From Flaccisagitta enflata (taxonomy: Eukaryota), in the NCBI GenBank assembly GCA_965153355.1, contig OZ231126.1, positions 32,178,001-32,242,000 on the forward strand: a stretch of DNA of 64,000 nucleotides, written 5' to 3'. The position numbers were made by a program, and so were the translations under genes. Numbering within the stretch: the first letter of the stretch is position 1; each line of letters starts with the position of its first letter. Shown piece by piece: positions 23,987 through 39,954 of the stretch. The notes beneath the pieces are model-generated. The model made no database searches, had not been told where the DNA came from, and saw only the letters and a program-made list of their open reading frames with translations.

Positions 23987-24318
23987 CTCAGAGTGGTTTG
24001 GGAAAGTTGATAAGCTTTTCGGGCCAAACGAGCCTAGGCATGAAATTAACAGCTAGAAAGAGCAAATCCTCCCCTTTCAAATGACGCCGAGCAGAATTCT
24101 GTGCGACTGATAGTTATGGAGCTACGATCTTTTAAATGTTTTTTTTATTTATTCGCTTTATCTTTTTTTCCCCAAAGATCAATATTTTTAATTGATCTTA
24201 ATTTTGGGCTCTATGTAACATGAAGAAAAGAGTTATTTTGACTCTAGCTTTTGAATCACTTACATTTTACCTTGCTTGCTCATACTCTCTCGGGTTCTGT
24301 CTCTCTGTCTCTCTTTTT

Positions 24319-24980
24319 GGGCAGCGGCCCCGAAGGGGACGAAGTCCTGTAGAACACAGGGGGACTTTCGTTCGTCCATTCGTCCGTCATTCCGTTCGTC
24401 CCCCCTCAGGCCTCAAATCTGGCCTCTGAGACCTCAAATATGACCTCTCAGGCCTCAAAACCAGCCTATCAAGCCTCAAATCCAGCCTCTCAGGCCTCAA
24501 ATCCAGCCTCTCAGGCCTCAAATCTAACCTCTCAGGCCTCAAGTTAGGCTTCTCAGGCCTCATATCCTAATTCTGGGGCCTTAAACCTGGCCTCTCAGGC
24601 CTCAAATTAGACTACTCCGGCCTCAAATCAGCTATCTTAGTCGCAATTGCTCAAATGCTCTTAGGCTTCAAATCAGTCCTCTGACCTTTCAAGCCTTAAT
24701 CCAGCTCTCTCAAGCCTCAACTCCGCCCTCTCAAGCCTCCGATTGGCATTCTCAAGCCTTACATCAGCCTCCTTAGACCTCAGTTAAGGCTCTTGAAGGC
24801 CTTCAGTCAGCCCTCCATAGCATCTTATCAACTTCAGGCAGGACGAACGAAAGTCCCACTGTGTTCTACAGGACTTCGTCCCCTTCGGGGCCGCTGCCCT
24901 GCTTCCCCTCACTCACTCACAATCACTCAAAGCAGGGCAACGGGTATCGCTGACCACATATTGCCCTTGGGCGACCTGTT
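24319..24980 (+). mobile_element. Helentron/DINE-1-like element, family B
   Basis: Same ends and internal 21-mer as 22848-23986, with a shorter array. Confidence 0.75.
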
Positions 24981-24990
24981 ATCTCTCTCT

Positions 24991-25080
<90 letters not shown>

Positions 25081-25197
25081 TTCTTTTTCTCTCTCTCTCT
25101 TTCTTTCTCCCTCTCTCTTTCTTTCTCTCTTTCGCTTTCTCTTTTTTTCTTTTTCTCTTCTCTTTTCTCCCAGGATTTACGACTTTTTTCCTATCTA

Positions 25198-25268
<71 letters not shown>

Positions 25269-25290
25269 ATCTATCTATCTATCTATCTAT
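24981..25290. repeat. (CT)n and (ATCT)n microsatellites
   Basis: Directly visible. Confidence 0.95.
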
Positions 25291-25594
25291 ATTTCTATGC
25301 CTTTGAATCAGCTCAGCCAGTCTGTTCATCGTCCTTCTATCTGAAATCTGTTTACCTGAGTCAGTGTCTGTCTCTTTGTCTGACAAAATCATTTGGTGTA
25401 AAAAGTTGGTACGATGTTCCTCTCTATCATTGCAATTAAGTATGAAATCTAAACGAGCGTTGCCTGTTTATTCAATTCCAATTTGTTAGTTTTCCTTCTC
25501 CATATGACAGCGGGCCCACGAAGCCAACATTTAGGGTATCAAAATGGGTCAAAATAGAAAACATACATCAGTGAAAATAGAAAATCTAGTGAAT

Positions 25595-25730
25595 AACAAG
25601 GCCGGATACACGGCAAGACAGTCGCGGACGGTTGGGCAGGAGCAGTAATGCAAAAACCGCCCGGATTTCAAAAATGTGACGGACCGACCCACCAACCTAC
25701 CGACCGTGTCCGCGTGTCCGCGACTAAAAA
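25595..25730 (-). mobile_element. Helentron/DINE-1-like short element, family A
   Basis: AACAAGGCCGGATACACGG ... CGCGTGTCCGCGACTAAAAA. A related minus-strand copy lies at ~28354-28490. Confidence 0.7.
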
Positions 25731-26684
25731 TAATTGAGATAAGACATGCATGATATTTGAAAGCAAAATTTGCATTCACTCAGCAAGAGACTAAGATTCA
25801 GCCTATGTAATTGAGGAAAATTAACTGAAAATTTCTACAAATATCTTTTTTGTCACTGACAAGGGGTTGGTCGAAATTATAAGTTTGCATAGAAAATGAA
25901 AAAATGAAAAAACAAAGAACATAGTTCTCTTCCCAAATCGTTTTTAGAGAGAACTATGTTTTTGAAAATGCAAAATTTTTTCGGTTGTGGCTTTCTTCTA
26001 ATTTCAACCTCAGAAAATAGAAAAAATTGTCAACGAAATTTACTAAAAATCTTCATTTTCTTGGCATTTGCCGTGAGAATTGCTTATCAAAAGGCAACTT
26101 AGAGTGTAAAATATGAAACAGACATACATAACAAGTGTATCCAGTGACAACTTGAGCAATGAAAATATTTATAGAAAGATAATTAGTCCATTATTGATGC
26201 AAAAGCGGGGTGAAGCACTTCATTTTTCCCTGGCAGATTTGACGTCATATCCATTAGTTTCTTTCTTTCACAAATGATGCAACTTCTTTACATCGTTTCT
26301 CAAATTGAATCTTTGGAAACATCTATGGTAAGATCTACAGAAACATCTATGGTAAGATCTAAAGAGAGGATCTCCGGGAAGATCTATTGTTTTGCCTTTC
26401 CTCCCTCATTTACCAATGCCACTTTGTTTTACATTTATGTTTTTCTTTTCGCCGTTTGTGCATCAAACTCTTTCCTTTTTTATTTCTTCTCTCATAACTT
26501 TTGTTTGTCTGCTCTCGTGTTTGTTTGCTTCAAGTTTCCGTTTCAGGTTATTTACTTTCTTTTTCTTTTCAGCGTCTATCCACTGTCTGTCTTTCTTACA
26601 GTCCTTCCGTCAGTTTTTTGAACTCGCTCTGATCCCTCTACTTGTCTTTCTCTGTCTGACGCTGTTTGTCTTCCCATATCTTGC

Positions 26685-26783
<99 letters not shown>

Positions 26784-27341
26784 CCCTCTGCTGTCATTAA
26801 CTTGCTTAGCCTGGAGTCCATGTCATGTCCTCATCTCAACAATGTTTCTCAGCTTTTTCTTTTCTGCTATTTCTTGTTTTCCTCCTTTATTTTCATCTTG
26901 ATTTTATTGTGTTTTTCTTTTTGCACTCTTTATGGTGAAACAGTTCCTTTGCAAGCTCGGTCTATAACAAATCAGAATGGAGGAATGGCCTACACCGTCT
27001 TCGGTTGGAACTGTAAAATGCAAAACCTTTATAGCTCTTAAACCACCAAGAATTTTGAAGTAAACAATATCTATTTTAAAACCCATGACAAGTACACAGT
27101 TGCAAAGAATGTGAAACATATCAAAGTGGGCAGGTTAGGGAGGGGAAGAAACACGGGTTCTTTTACATTCTTCTCGTCTGTCACATGACAGTTACAACAA
27201 AGGCGTCTGTCAAATGACAGTTAAGACAGAGGCGTAGTACGGCTCCGCTTTTAACAAACCACCAGGAAAAAAATCATGAAATTTTGAGTGAATATTGGTG
27301 ACATGTGATGGTTTTAGCATGTTAAAGCTCAGATCAAAGTA

Positions 27342-27717
27342 CACTCATTTGTTTTTATAAGAACACGTTATTTTTTTCTGAGGCTCAGTGTTCTTATTTC
27401 TTGGGCGGTTTTAGGCTCAAATTGTTCTGAGATTGTTCTTATTTTTTCAATCGTTAGCTCATACAAGAATGTTCTTTTATCTGGTTACTTAACTAATTCA
27501 AACCAAAATATTATCTATAACTAAATCTAATTTCAATGAAAGTGATTTAAGTCAACCATTCTTTCTGATTTTCATAGTTCCTAAAGTAAATGAAATATGA
27601 ATGTTCTTATATTCCCCTTTAGTGAGGCTGACAATGTTCTTGCGATTGTTCTTATTTTTTTCCAGATCTGAGCCTCAATGTTCTTATAAACAAGGTTCTT
27701 GGTCAAAGAAATGAGTG
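27342..27717. mobile_element. MITE with TA TSD
   Basis: TA|CACTCATTT ... AAATGAGTG|TA, with internal repeated TGTTCTTAT motifs. Related to 48214-48653. Confidence 0.75.
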
Positions 27718-27981
27718 TATAGAAAAGGTAAGGGGAAAACAAAGTATTGAGCTTTGACATGCAAAAAGTGTCACATGTTACTAATGTTCATTGAAAATTT
27801 CAAGATTTTTTCCCTAGTGGTTTAGGAGCTATAAAGGTCTCGCATTTTACAGTTCCAACCAAACACAGTGTAAAACAATGAATCCATGTTTACAGTTACA
27901 TATCTACGAATTTTATCAACATCATCTCAGTCAAAAATTTACTCACCTGCAATTCCAGATCAGAGTCCGCATGAAAATAAA

Positions 27982-28316
<335 letters not shown>

Positions 28317-28882
28317 AAAAAGTTGTCCAACAGGATTCTGATAAAAAGAAAAAAACAAGGCATCCAGTCGCGGACGGTTGGGCGGGAGCAGTAATGCGGA
28401 AACCGCTCGGAATTCATGTTACGGACAGATCTACCGACCTACAGACCGACCAACACGGCAAGGTCTAGAGTCGCGTGTCCTCGACCAGAAAGTCTCTCTT
28501 TTAATCTATCAGATTTTTCATGTGTTTTCTTTTTTTTTCATTTTCTTTACATGACCATGTAAGAAATATTCCGCCCTCGCATTCTATAACTTCTCTTATA
28601 AGGAAAAGCTTTTAGTGTCCAGAAGTTAAGAATGAATCTGCGTTTCATAAATTCTATTCCACAGATGGTAAAAAAAGGAAGAAATATGAGACACAATAGC
28701 AGAAATCAAGAGGAAATGTAAGAGACAAGGTTGCTGTTCCATTTTCTCTGAATTGTATTTCGGGATGACAGACAAACTTTGACAAGAGTTGGAAGTTTGG
28801 AGCCTCCAAAATTGGATGGGAAAGAAATACACAAAATTTGGTTTCTCATCAACAGAAACAACGACAGCAGCAGCGTTAGTGA

Positions 28883-30473
<1,591 letters not shown>

Positions 30474-30553
30474 AGTAATTGGATGCCCCACCAGCGGGGT
30501 GCTTCACTATACTTTTTTGAGAACATTTAAAAACATTCATGCCACAAACAACT

Positions 30554-31332
30554 AACAGGTCGCCCAAGGGCAATATGTGGTCAGCGATACCCGTTGCCCT
30601 GCTTTGAGTGATTGTGAATTGGAGTGAGGGGAAGCAGGGCAGCGGCCCCGAAGGGGACAAAGTCCTGTAGAACACAGGGGGACTTCCGTTTGTCCTGCCT
30701 GAAGAAGTGGATGAGATGCCATAGAGGGCTGACTGAAGGCCTTTGAGAGCCTAAACTGAGGTCTAAGAAGGCTGATATAAGGGCTGAGAATGTCAATTGG
30801 AAGCTTGAGAGGGCTGACTTGAGGCTGGATTAAGGCTTGAAAGGTCAGAGGACTGAGAGCAATAAATTGAGGCTGAGACAGCTGATTTGAAGCCTGAGAG
30901 GCCTAATTTGAGGCCTGAGAGGCCAGGTTTGAGGCCTGAGAATTTGGATTTTAGGCCTGAGAAGCCTGATTTGAGGCCTGAGAGGTTGGATATGAAGTCT
31001 GAGAGGCTAGATTTGAGGCCTGTGAAGCTGGATTTGAAGCCTGAGAGGCTGAATTTGAGGCCTGAAAGGCCAGATTTGAGGTCTCAGAAGCCAGATTTGA
31101 GGCCTGAAGGGCCTGATTAGGCGGCTGGAGGGGGGACGGATAAACGAACGAACGAACAAACGAACAAACGAACGAACGAACAAACGAACGAACAAACGAA
31201 CGAACGAACGAACGAACGAACGAACGAACGAACGAACGAACGAACGAATGAACGAAAGAACGAACGAACGAACGAACAAACGAAAGTCTCCTTGTGTTCG
31301 ATAGGACTTTGTCCCCTTCGGGACCGCTGCCC
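30554..31332 (-). mobile_element. Helentron/DINE-1-like element, family B (minus strand), with (GAAC)n
   Basis: Reverse complement of the family-B ends and 21-mer array. Confidence 0.75.
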
Positions 31333-33212
31333 AAAGAGTCAAGAATACTGGAGGCATGCCCAAACATTGACGTTCTTATGCAGATGGTGTTTCTTTTCTG
31401 AAGTCTTGATACATTGTATTCTATTCTTATCTTCATCTTCGTTATTGAGAGAGAAAAAAAATTGAAAGTTTTTCAGCTTCAATCTGACTAGTCTGTAAAC
31501 AGTTTCAGACATGGTCTCAGGTATCTTACATGATATAGGAAGGTGAACTCGTTTTCACATGATTTTAATGTGTTTTTTAGTCGCGTGCTACGCGACTCCA
31601 CACCCGCTTTGTCGGTCGGTCCATCCGTCAGTTTATCTATCAGTCGGTTTGTCACTCTTTACTTCTTGGGCAGCGGCTACAAAGGGCCGATGTACTGTAG
31701 GGCACAGGGGTGAATTTCCAGACGTCCATACGTCCGACCGTATGTCCGTACGTACGTACGTACGTCCCCCCCCCAAAGCTTCTCAAGCCTCAATTCGAAT
31801 TACCGACAACCTAGGTCATAAAGAGGCTGTGGGCAATGCTTTTTCCTTCATAATTCCCAGGTAATGCTCAGGTTACGCTCAGGTTATTCTCAGGTTATTC
31901 TCAAGTTATTCTCAACTTTTCTTTTGCTGCCAAAACCGACACCGACGACGACGCAAACTGTTCCAAGGTGGATTTTTGTCCTTTTTTTGCATCTTTATGC
32001 AGACGTTGTTGTTAAAAACATGTTCATTTCTTCCATTTTTCTTTTTGCCGATGCCGACACCGACGACGACGACGTACGCTGTTATTTTTTTTTATTTGGT
32101 ATTCTTTTGTCATTGTCATTGCCAAAAACATATCGGGTATGAAAACCTCAAAATTCTTTGAAAATTAAAGCAAGATAAGTAATCATTTTTTTTTACTAAA
32201 CAACAATTTGACATACTTTTCATAGCATTTTTTTTAGTTTATGATATGTTAAGGGGACTAGATTTTTCAAAAAAATCACGATGATAAATCATCATAAAAT
32301 GCCAAACCATTACCTAAAAAAAGCTTTTTTCAGAATTGAATTATCTCTATTACTTCCGGAATTATGCCGTCGTATAATGTTCCAAACGAGTTGAATCATA
32401 CTGTATCTATATCTCAAAGTACAGTGAAAAGCATTTTTCCATATGTTTGATCCATCCCTTGTTTTGAGGCGCATATCTTTTAAACAATTTGGAGAAAATA
32501 TTTTTGGCTAGTCTCATCAAAAAGGGCATTGAAAAATCTTTCAGAAGCTCATGAATTTCGTCCATTTTCATTCAATAATGGCAATACAGTGATATCTCAA
32601 AGGTACAGTAAAAGTGAATGTTTTCGGTATTAGACTCATCCCCTTTTGTCCAGCTATATCTTTTGAGACAGAAAAAATCTGTCGGTGTCAATTTCAAATC
32701 CCAATTAACTGTTTAGGCAGCGATTTTGAAAATTTTCCCATGTGAACAAATTGATTGATAATTTCAGGATTCTGGCCCTCAACAACCCAAAGCACGGGCA
32801 AAGTTTTTTGCAAACATCTTCGATGCAAAGACCAGATGTAAAATGCAAGCCAAGAGGCCAAAAGTGGAGTAGCTTAAAGATAATATGGATGAGGATCGTG
32901 TTTCATTTTGTATTTTAAGTATTGATAGTTTTAAGCTGGTTAAGAGCACCTTTCAATTTCTGTTAAAACCTGAAATTTCTTGAATTGCCATGTAAAGTGA
33001 TGTATTTCTTTAAAAGTCAAAAAATGGTGATTCAATCTTGTCTTTGATTACTCATGGATCCGTTATAACAGTATTTGTGATTTCTGAGCATAACAGCCCC
33101 TGCCCACCCAAAATTTAGCCCCTGCCCAATGATTGACTGCCCCTGCTCCTGAGTGTACTGCCCCTGCCCACCCACCAGCGACTGCTTATTGGCCTCGTTT
33201 CCAGCCTTGTTT

Positions 33213-34870
33213 GAATGAGACTGGCCAAAAATATTTTCTCCCAACTGTGTAAAAGATAGGAGCTTTCCAAGTTGAATGGTTAAAACCCCAAAATCACCAA
33301 CAACCACCTCAACTGTAATTTGGCATTTTTCAACCAAAACTCCAATTCACTTCTGTTTTTTTGGCTATTATCATTAAGCTGCAACTCATTTGACCAAAAA
33401 ATTTGACATTTCGATTTTTATCTCCATTTCCTTAAAAGAAATAGCTCAACAAAATGAGATTGTTCAAACACCTGAAAAACACAATTTTCACTATACTCTG
33501 AGAGATTACTGTAGCGCCATTTCTGAAAGAAACTGGAAAAAAATTTATGAGATTCTGAAAGATTATTTCATGCTTTTTTGGATGAGACCGGCCAAAAATA
33601 TTTTCTCCCTACTGTGTAAAAGATATAAGCTTTCAAATTTGAATGGTTAAAACCCCAAAATCACCAACAACCACCACAACTGTAATTTGGCATTTTTCCA
33701 CCAAAATTCCAATTCACTTCTAGTTTTTTGGCTATTATCATTAATTGCAACATAATTTGATCAAAAAATTTGATATTTAGATTTTTATCTCCATTTCCTT
33801 GGAAGAAATAGCTCAACAAAATGAGATTGTTCAAACACATGAAATACACAATTTTTACTGTACTTTGAGAGATCACTGTAGCGCCATTTCTGAATGAAAC
33901 TGGACAAAATTTATGAGATTCTGAAAGATTTTTTTATGCTTTTTTGAATGGGACCGGCCAAAAATATTTTCTCCCAACAGTGTATAAGATATGAGCTTTC
34001 AAAGTTGAATGGTTAAAACCCCAAAATCACCAACAACCACCACAACTGTAATTTGGCATTTTTCAACCAAAATTCCAATTCACTTCTGGTTTTTTGGCTA
34101 TTATCATTGAGTTGCAACATAATTTGATCAAAAAATTTGATATTTCGATTTTTATCTCCATTTCCTTAAAAGAAATAGCTCAACAAAATGAGATTGTTCA
34201 AACACCTGAAAAACACAATTTTCACTATACTCTGAGAGATTACTGTAGCGCCATTTCTGAAAGAAACTGGAAAAAAATTTATGAGATTCTGAAAGATTAT
34301 TTCATGCTTTTTTGGATGAGACCGGCCAAAAATATTTTCTCCCTACTGTGTAAAAGATATAAGCTTTCAAATTTGAATGGTTAAAACCCCAAAATCACCA
34401 ACAACCACCACAACTGTAATTTGGCATTTTTCCACCAAAATTCCAATTCACTTCTAGTTTTTTGGCTTTTATCATTAATTGCAACATAATTTGATCAAAA
34501 AATTTGATATTTCGATTTTTATCTCCATTTCCTTGGAAGAAATAGCTCAACGAAATGAGATTGTTCAAACACATGAAATACACAATTTTTACTGTACTTT
34601 GAGAGATCACTGTAGCGCCATTTCTGAATGAAACTGGACAAAATTTATGAGATTCTGAAAGATTTTTTTATGCTTTTTTGAATGGGACCGGCCAAAAATA
34701 TTTTCTCCCAACAGTGTAAAAGATATGAGCTTTCAAAGTTGAATGGTTAAAACCCCATAATCACCAACAACCACCACAACTGTAATTTGGCATTTTTCAA
34801 CCAAAATTCTAATTTAGATTTGGTTTTTTGGCTAAAACCATCAAGTTACAACATTATTTGACCAAAAAAA
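33213..34870. repeat. ~367-bp tandem repeat (about 4.5 copies) with A-B-A-B dimeric 734-bp higher order
   Basis: GGCCAAAAATATTTTCTCCC recurs at ~33222, 33590, 33956, 34324 and 34690. Units 1 and 3, and units 2 and 4, share diagnostic variants. Confidence 0.92.
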
Positions 34871-35570
34871 TTGATATTTTGAATTTTCATCATTTTTTAC
34901 GACCACCTCCATCAGGACCTGAATTTTGGCCAATTTGACCCCCTTGCCCCCACCCCATGGGGCACCCCCCTCACCCACTCATCCCACTACCCTCTTATAT
35001 GTTTTTGCTCCCCAATGATTCCAAAAAATGAGCTTATTCATCAAAAACAGGCTAACAAAAAAAATTTTGAAGTTGACAAGTCACCACCAGCTTTGGCTCA
35101 TTTTGGGGCCATTTTTTCAACCTTTTAAGTGGTGGACTACTCACAGGACCACTTTGGGAAGCCCCCCAAGGGTACTTTCGTGTTCTACCACACCCACCCC
35201 GTGCCCAAAACCGCGGCACAGACGATCTGAAGCCTAGAGGCCGTTTTGATACACCTCAACGATAGCAACTAAGACATTGCTTATACTGTGAGCAATTTTT
35301 TTGTGACACAAGATGGGTTGCCGAAGGCGATGTCGATGTCGACTGATGTGTTCCTTTTTTGACATTTTTCTCTGGTGCCGCCGCCGCCGATGATGACCGA
35401 CATTGCTTGTAATATTGTAGAGAGCTACCGGTCTTTTGCTTTTGCCGATGCCGACACCGATGTCGACAAGAATAGACTATTTTCCAGTGACAGCGAGGGC
35501 GACGGCGACGGCGACGGCAATGTATAGCAACAATTATGTGTTTGGATGAAGATGTTGATGCCGTGCTGTT

Positions 35571-35616
<46 letters not shown>

Positions 35617-35716
35617 TCGTGTCGTCGTCGTCGTCGTCGTCGTCGTTGTTGGTGCTGTCGTTGTCGTTGTTGTTTATAGCATCGTATTCAGCATAAATAC
35701 AAAAAATAGGCTATTT

Positions 35717-35748
<32 letters not shown>

Positions 35749-36079
35749 TAGACTAATGAAACCTTTCCACCTTTCCTTGTTGACAACTCCTGCCGCCGCC
35801 GACATTGTTGCCGATTCTCAGGTTAAATACCATTTGTCCCAGGCTGACTTAATATGCTCAATTCCCATCGAATAACATGGGAAATTGACAAAACACAAAT
35901 TTCCCATTGAATAACATAGAAAATTACAAAAAAGTAAAAAAAAATGCATGATTCACATTGAATAACATAGCAAATAATGAAAATTGAGAAAAATGTAAAA
36001 TTCCCATTGAATAACATGGTAAATTGACAAGAAATTGAAAAAATGCAAAATTCCTATTGAATAGCATGGAAAGTTGCAT

Positions 36080-36440
36080 GGAAATTCACCCCTGTTTCCT
36101 ACAGGACATCGGCCCTTTGGGGCCGCTGCCCTGCTCTCACTCCAATTCTTCAGCTAATCACTCCATGCAGGGCGTCGGGTACCGCTGACCATGTGCGATA
36201 CTTGGATGACTTTTCTTTTTTTTTTGCGGTATTTGGCCTCACTGCTCCTGCCCAAATGATCAAGTGGTCTCAAATACAGTCCCTGCCCACCCGCATGTGG
36301 CTGGGGTAGCCGTGTATCCAGCCTTGTTACATCTTATATTTATGTGATAACAAGGCTGGATACACGGTCGCGCGCGGGTGGGCAGGGGACGTATTTAAGG
36401 TCACTTCTTCATTTTGGCAGGAGCAGTGAGGCCAGAGACC

Positions 36441-36471
<31 letters not shown>

Positions 36472-36600
36472 CAAACAAAAAAGTAAAGTGTGATGGACGG
36501 ACCGATGGACGGACCGACGGACCGACAGACCGACAGACCGACAGACCGACAGACCAACGGACCGACGGAAGGACCGACAAAGCGGGGTGTAGAGTCGCGT
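36080..36600. mobile_element. Cluster of Helentron-like fragments: family C 3' end, family A 3' half (+) and family A copy (-)
   Basis: Family-specific ends at 36080-36210, 36220-36328 and 36349-36600. Confidence 0.65.
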
Positions 36601-36789
36601 AGATTGATATACCGAGTATTGATTCTCTTCAAAATTTTCAATTTTCCCCAATTCGATATTTCGAGGAGATGTTTTTTTTTGGAGCGCGAGAAAATCTCGT
36701 TAAATTTTTGACAAAAACAGAAAAAATCAAAAAATCGGAAAATTGTTTGATACAAGATATCGCCACAGGGTATTTTTCATCTTTTTTTC

Positions 36790-38262
<1,473 letters not shown>

Positions 38263-39954
38263 TCACACTTTCCTTGTCCTTTTTTTTCCTACCTTGTCCT
38301 TTTTGCTTCACTCCTCCTTGATCTTCTCACATCAACACTGAGTCTTGATTAGCCATTTCCTCTCTCACGGCTCAAACTAAGACACAGGGGGAAGGAGAAA
38401 CAAAGACACAGACAGACTCACAGAGAGACAGTAACAGAAACAATCAGATCCCATTAGACACAGACAGAGACAGAGAAACAGACACGGACAGACCCAGATA
38501 GGTACAGATGGAACAAAGACAGTCATAAGCGGCACAGAAAGACAGACACAGATTTAGAGAATTGAAGAGACAACAGACAATAAGATACAGACACTGGAGA
38601 GATAGTTGTCCCAACGGGACAGTCAGTAAAACAAAGAGAGCTGTAGAAACAGCAGGAAGTTAGAGAGAGACAGACAGACAATAGTGGTCCAATGGGAACA
38701 GTTAGAGATACTAAGAGAACTAAAGCAACAACTGAAAGTTAGAGACAGACAGACACGCTAGTCAGAGAGACAAAGAGAACAGAAGAAATAAGTCAGAGAC
38801 AGACCCTGAACAGATAGTAGCCTAAAGGGGAAAGGCCATTGCAAAGCCTTTTTTGGAAAGCGTCAGAGTTTTATCTCGTTCTAATGTAGAGTTGGAGTTC
38901 ACACCTTTGCCCATGTGCTCGCGTGTACCGAATCAACCCATGTTTGAGTGAGAAGGTGCATCAGCATTGGTTAAGACGGCAAATTTTTGAAGGAAAATAA
39001 AGTGTTTTACCATACTTTTTGCATTATTATCAGGACAATAGTTAGGCTGGAATGCTTCAAGTGGACAAATTTTCTCTAAAGATACTTGGTGCATACAATT
39101 ACTATCTTGCTAATATGTATATCGACAAGCCTAATGGGACATAACTACCAGAAAAATAATGCAAACATAGAAAAATCGGTGACGCCTGGAAACTTCATCG
39201 AATTTCTGATTGAATGGCGCAAACCGCATTGTTCTAAGTTTGTTCGTTTAGAAATGACAAGCAAAACAAAGTTACTACTTCAAGTGCAAAATGGCGAAAA
39301 AATTGCATTTTAGAATTTAGTAGATTGTGGAAGACACCAATTGAGGGAGAGTGATACTCTGGCGCACCACACCCTGAAAGCGAAGCATTCACTATAGCGT
39401 CAAGATGTTTCCAGACCTCAAAAGTGAAGAATTTTTGTGAATTGATAACAAGAAGTTGCAGAATTATGAATGCGCCATATGGAAGGCCAAGCTGAAAAGT
39501 ATCGCTCACTAGATTTGGGAGAACACCACACCATCATACCTTCAAATGCTTTACAAAAGCATACCAAGGCACATGAAAGCTTAAGATGATACCTAGGAAG
39601 GTCTAACAAAGTGAAAGTCGTATCTTACAAATGTTCTATGCATTAATTGATAAAAAGTTGAACTGTATTGTATCTTGTCGATATACTTTTTAGCAAGATA
39701 GTATATCAAATTTTGAACTAAAATTTAATTTGAACTATGCAGTTCACATGAAAACAAGGAGGAAAATGATGACTTTTAGTTCATTTCTGCTTAAAATTTT
39801 TTTTTTTCTTAGGTCGAAATTCTAAGAAAGCCACACACAGAGAAATTTTGCATTTTAAAAAACATAGTTCTCTCTGTAATCGATTTGGGAAAAGAACTAT
39901 GTTCTTGTTTTTTGCATTTTTTCAATCTCTATTAGCGATGCGAATATGTCTCAT

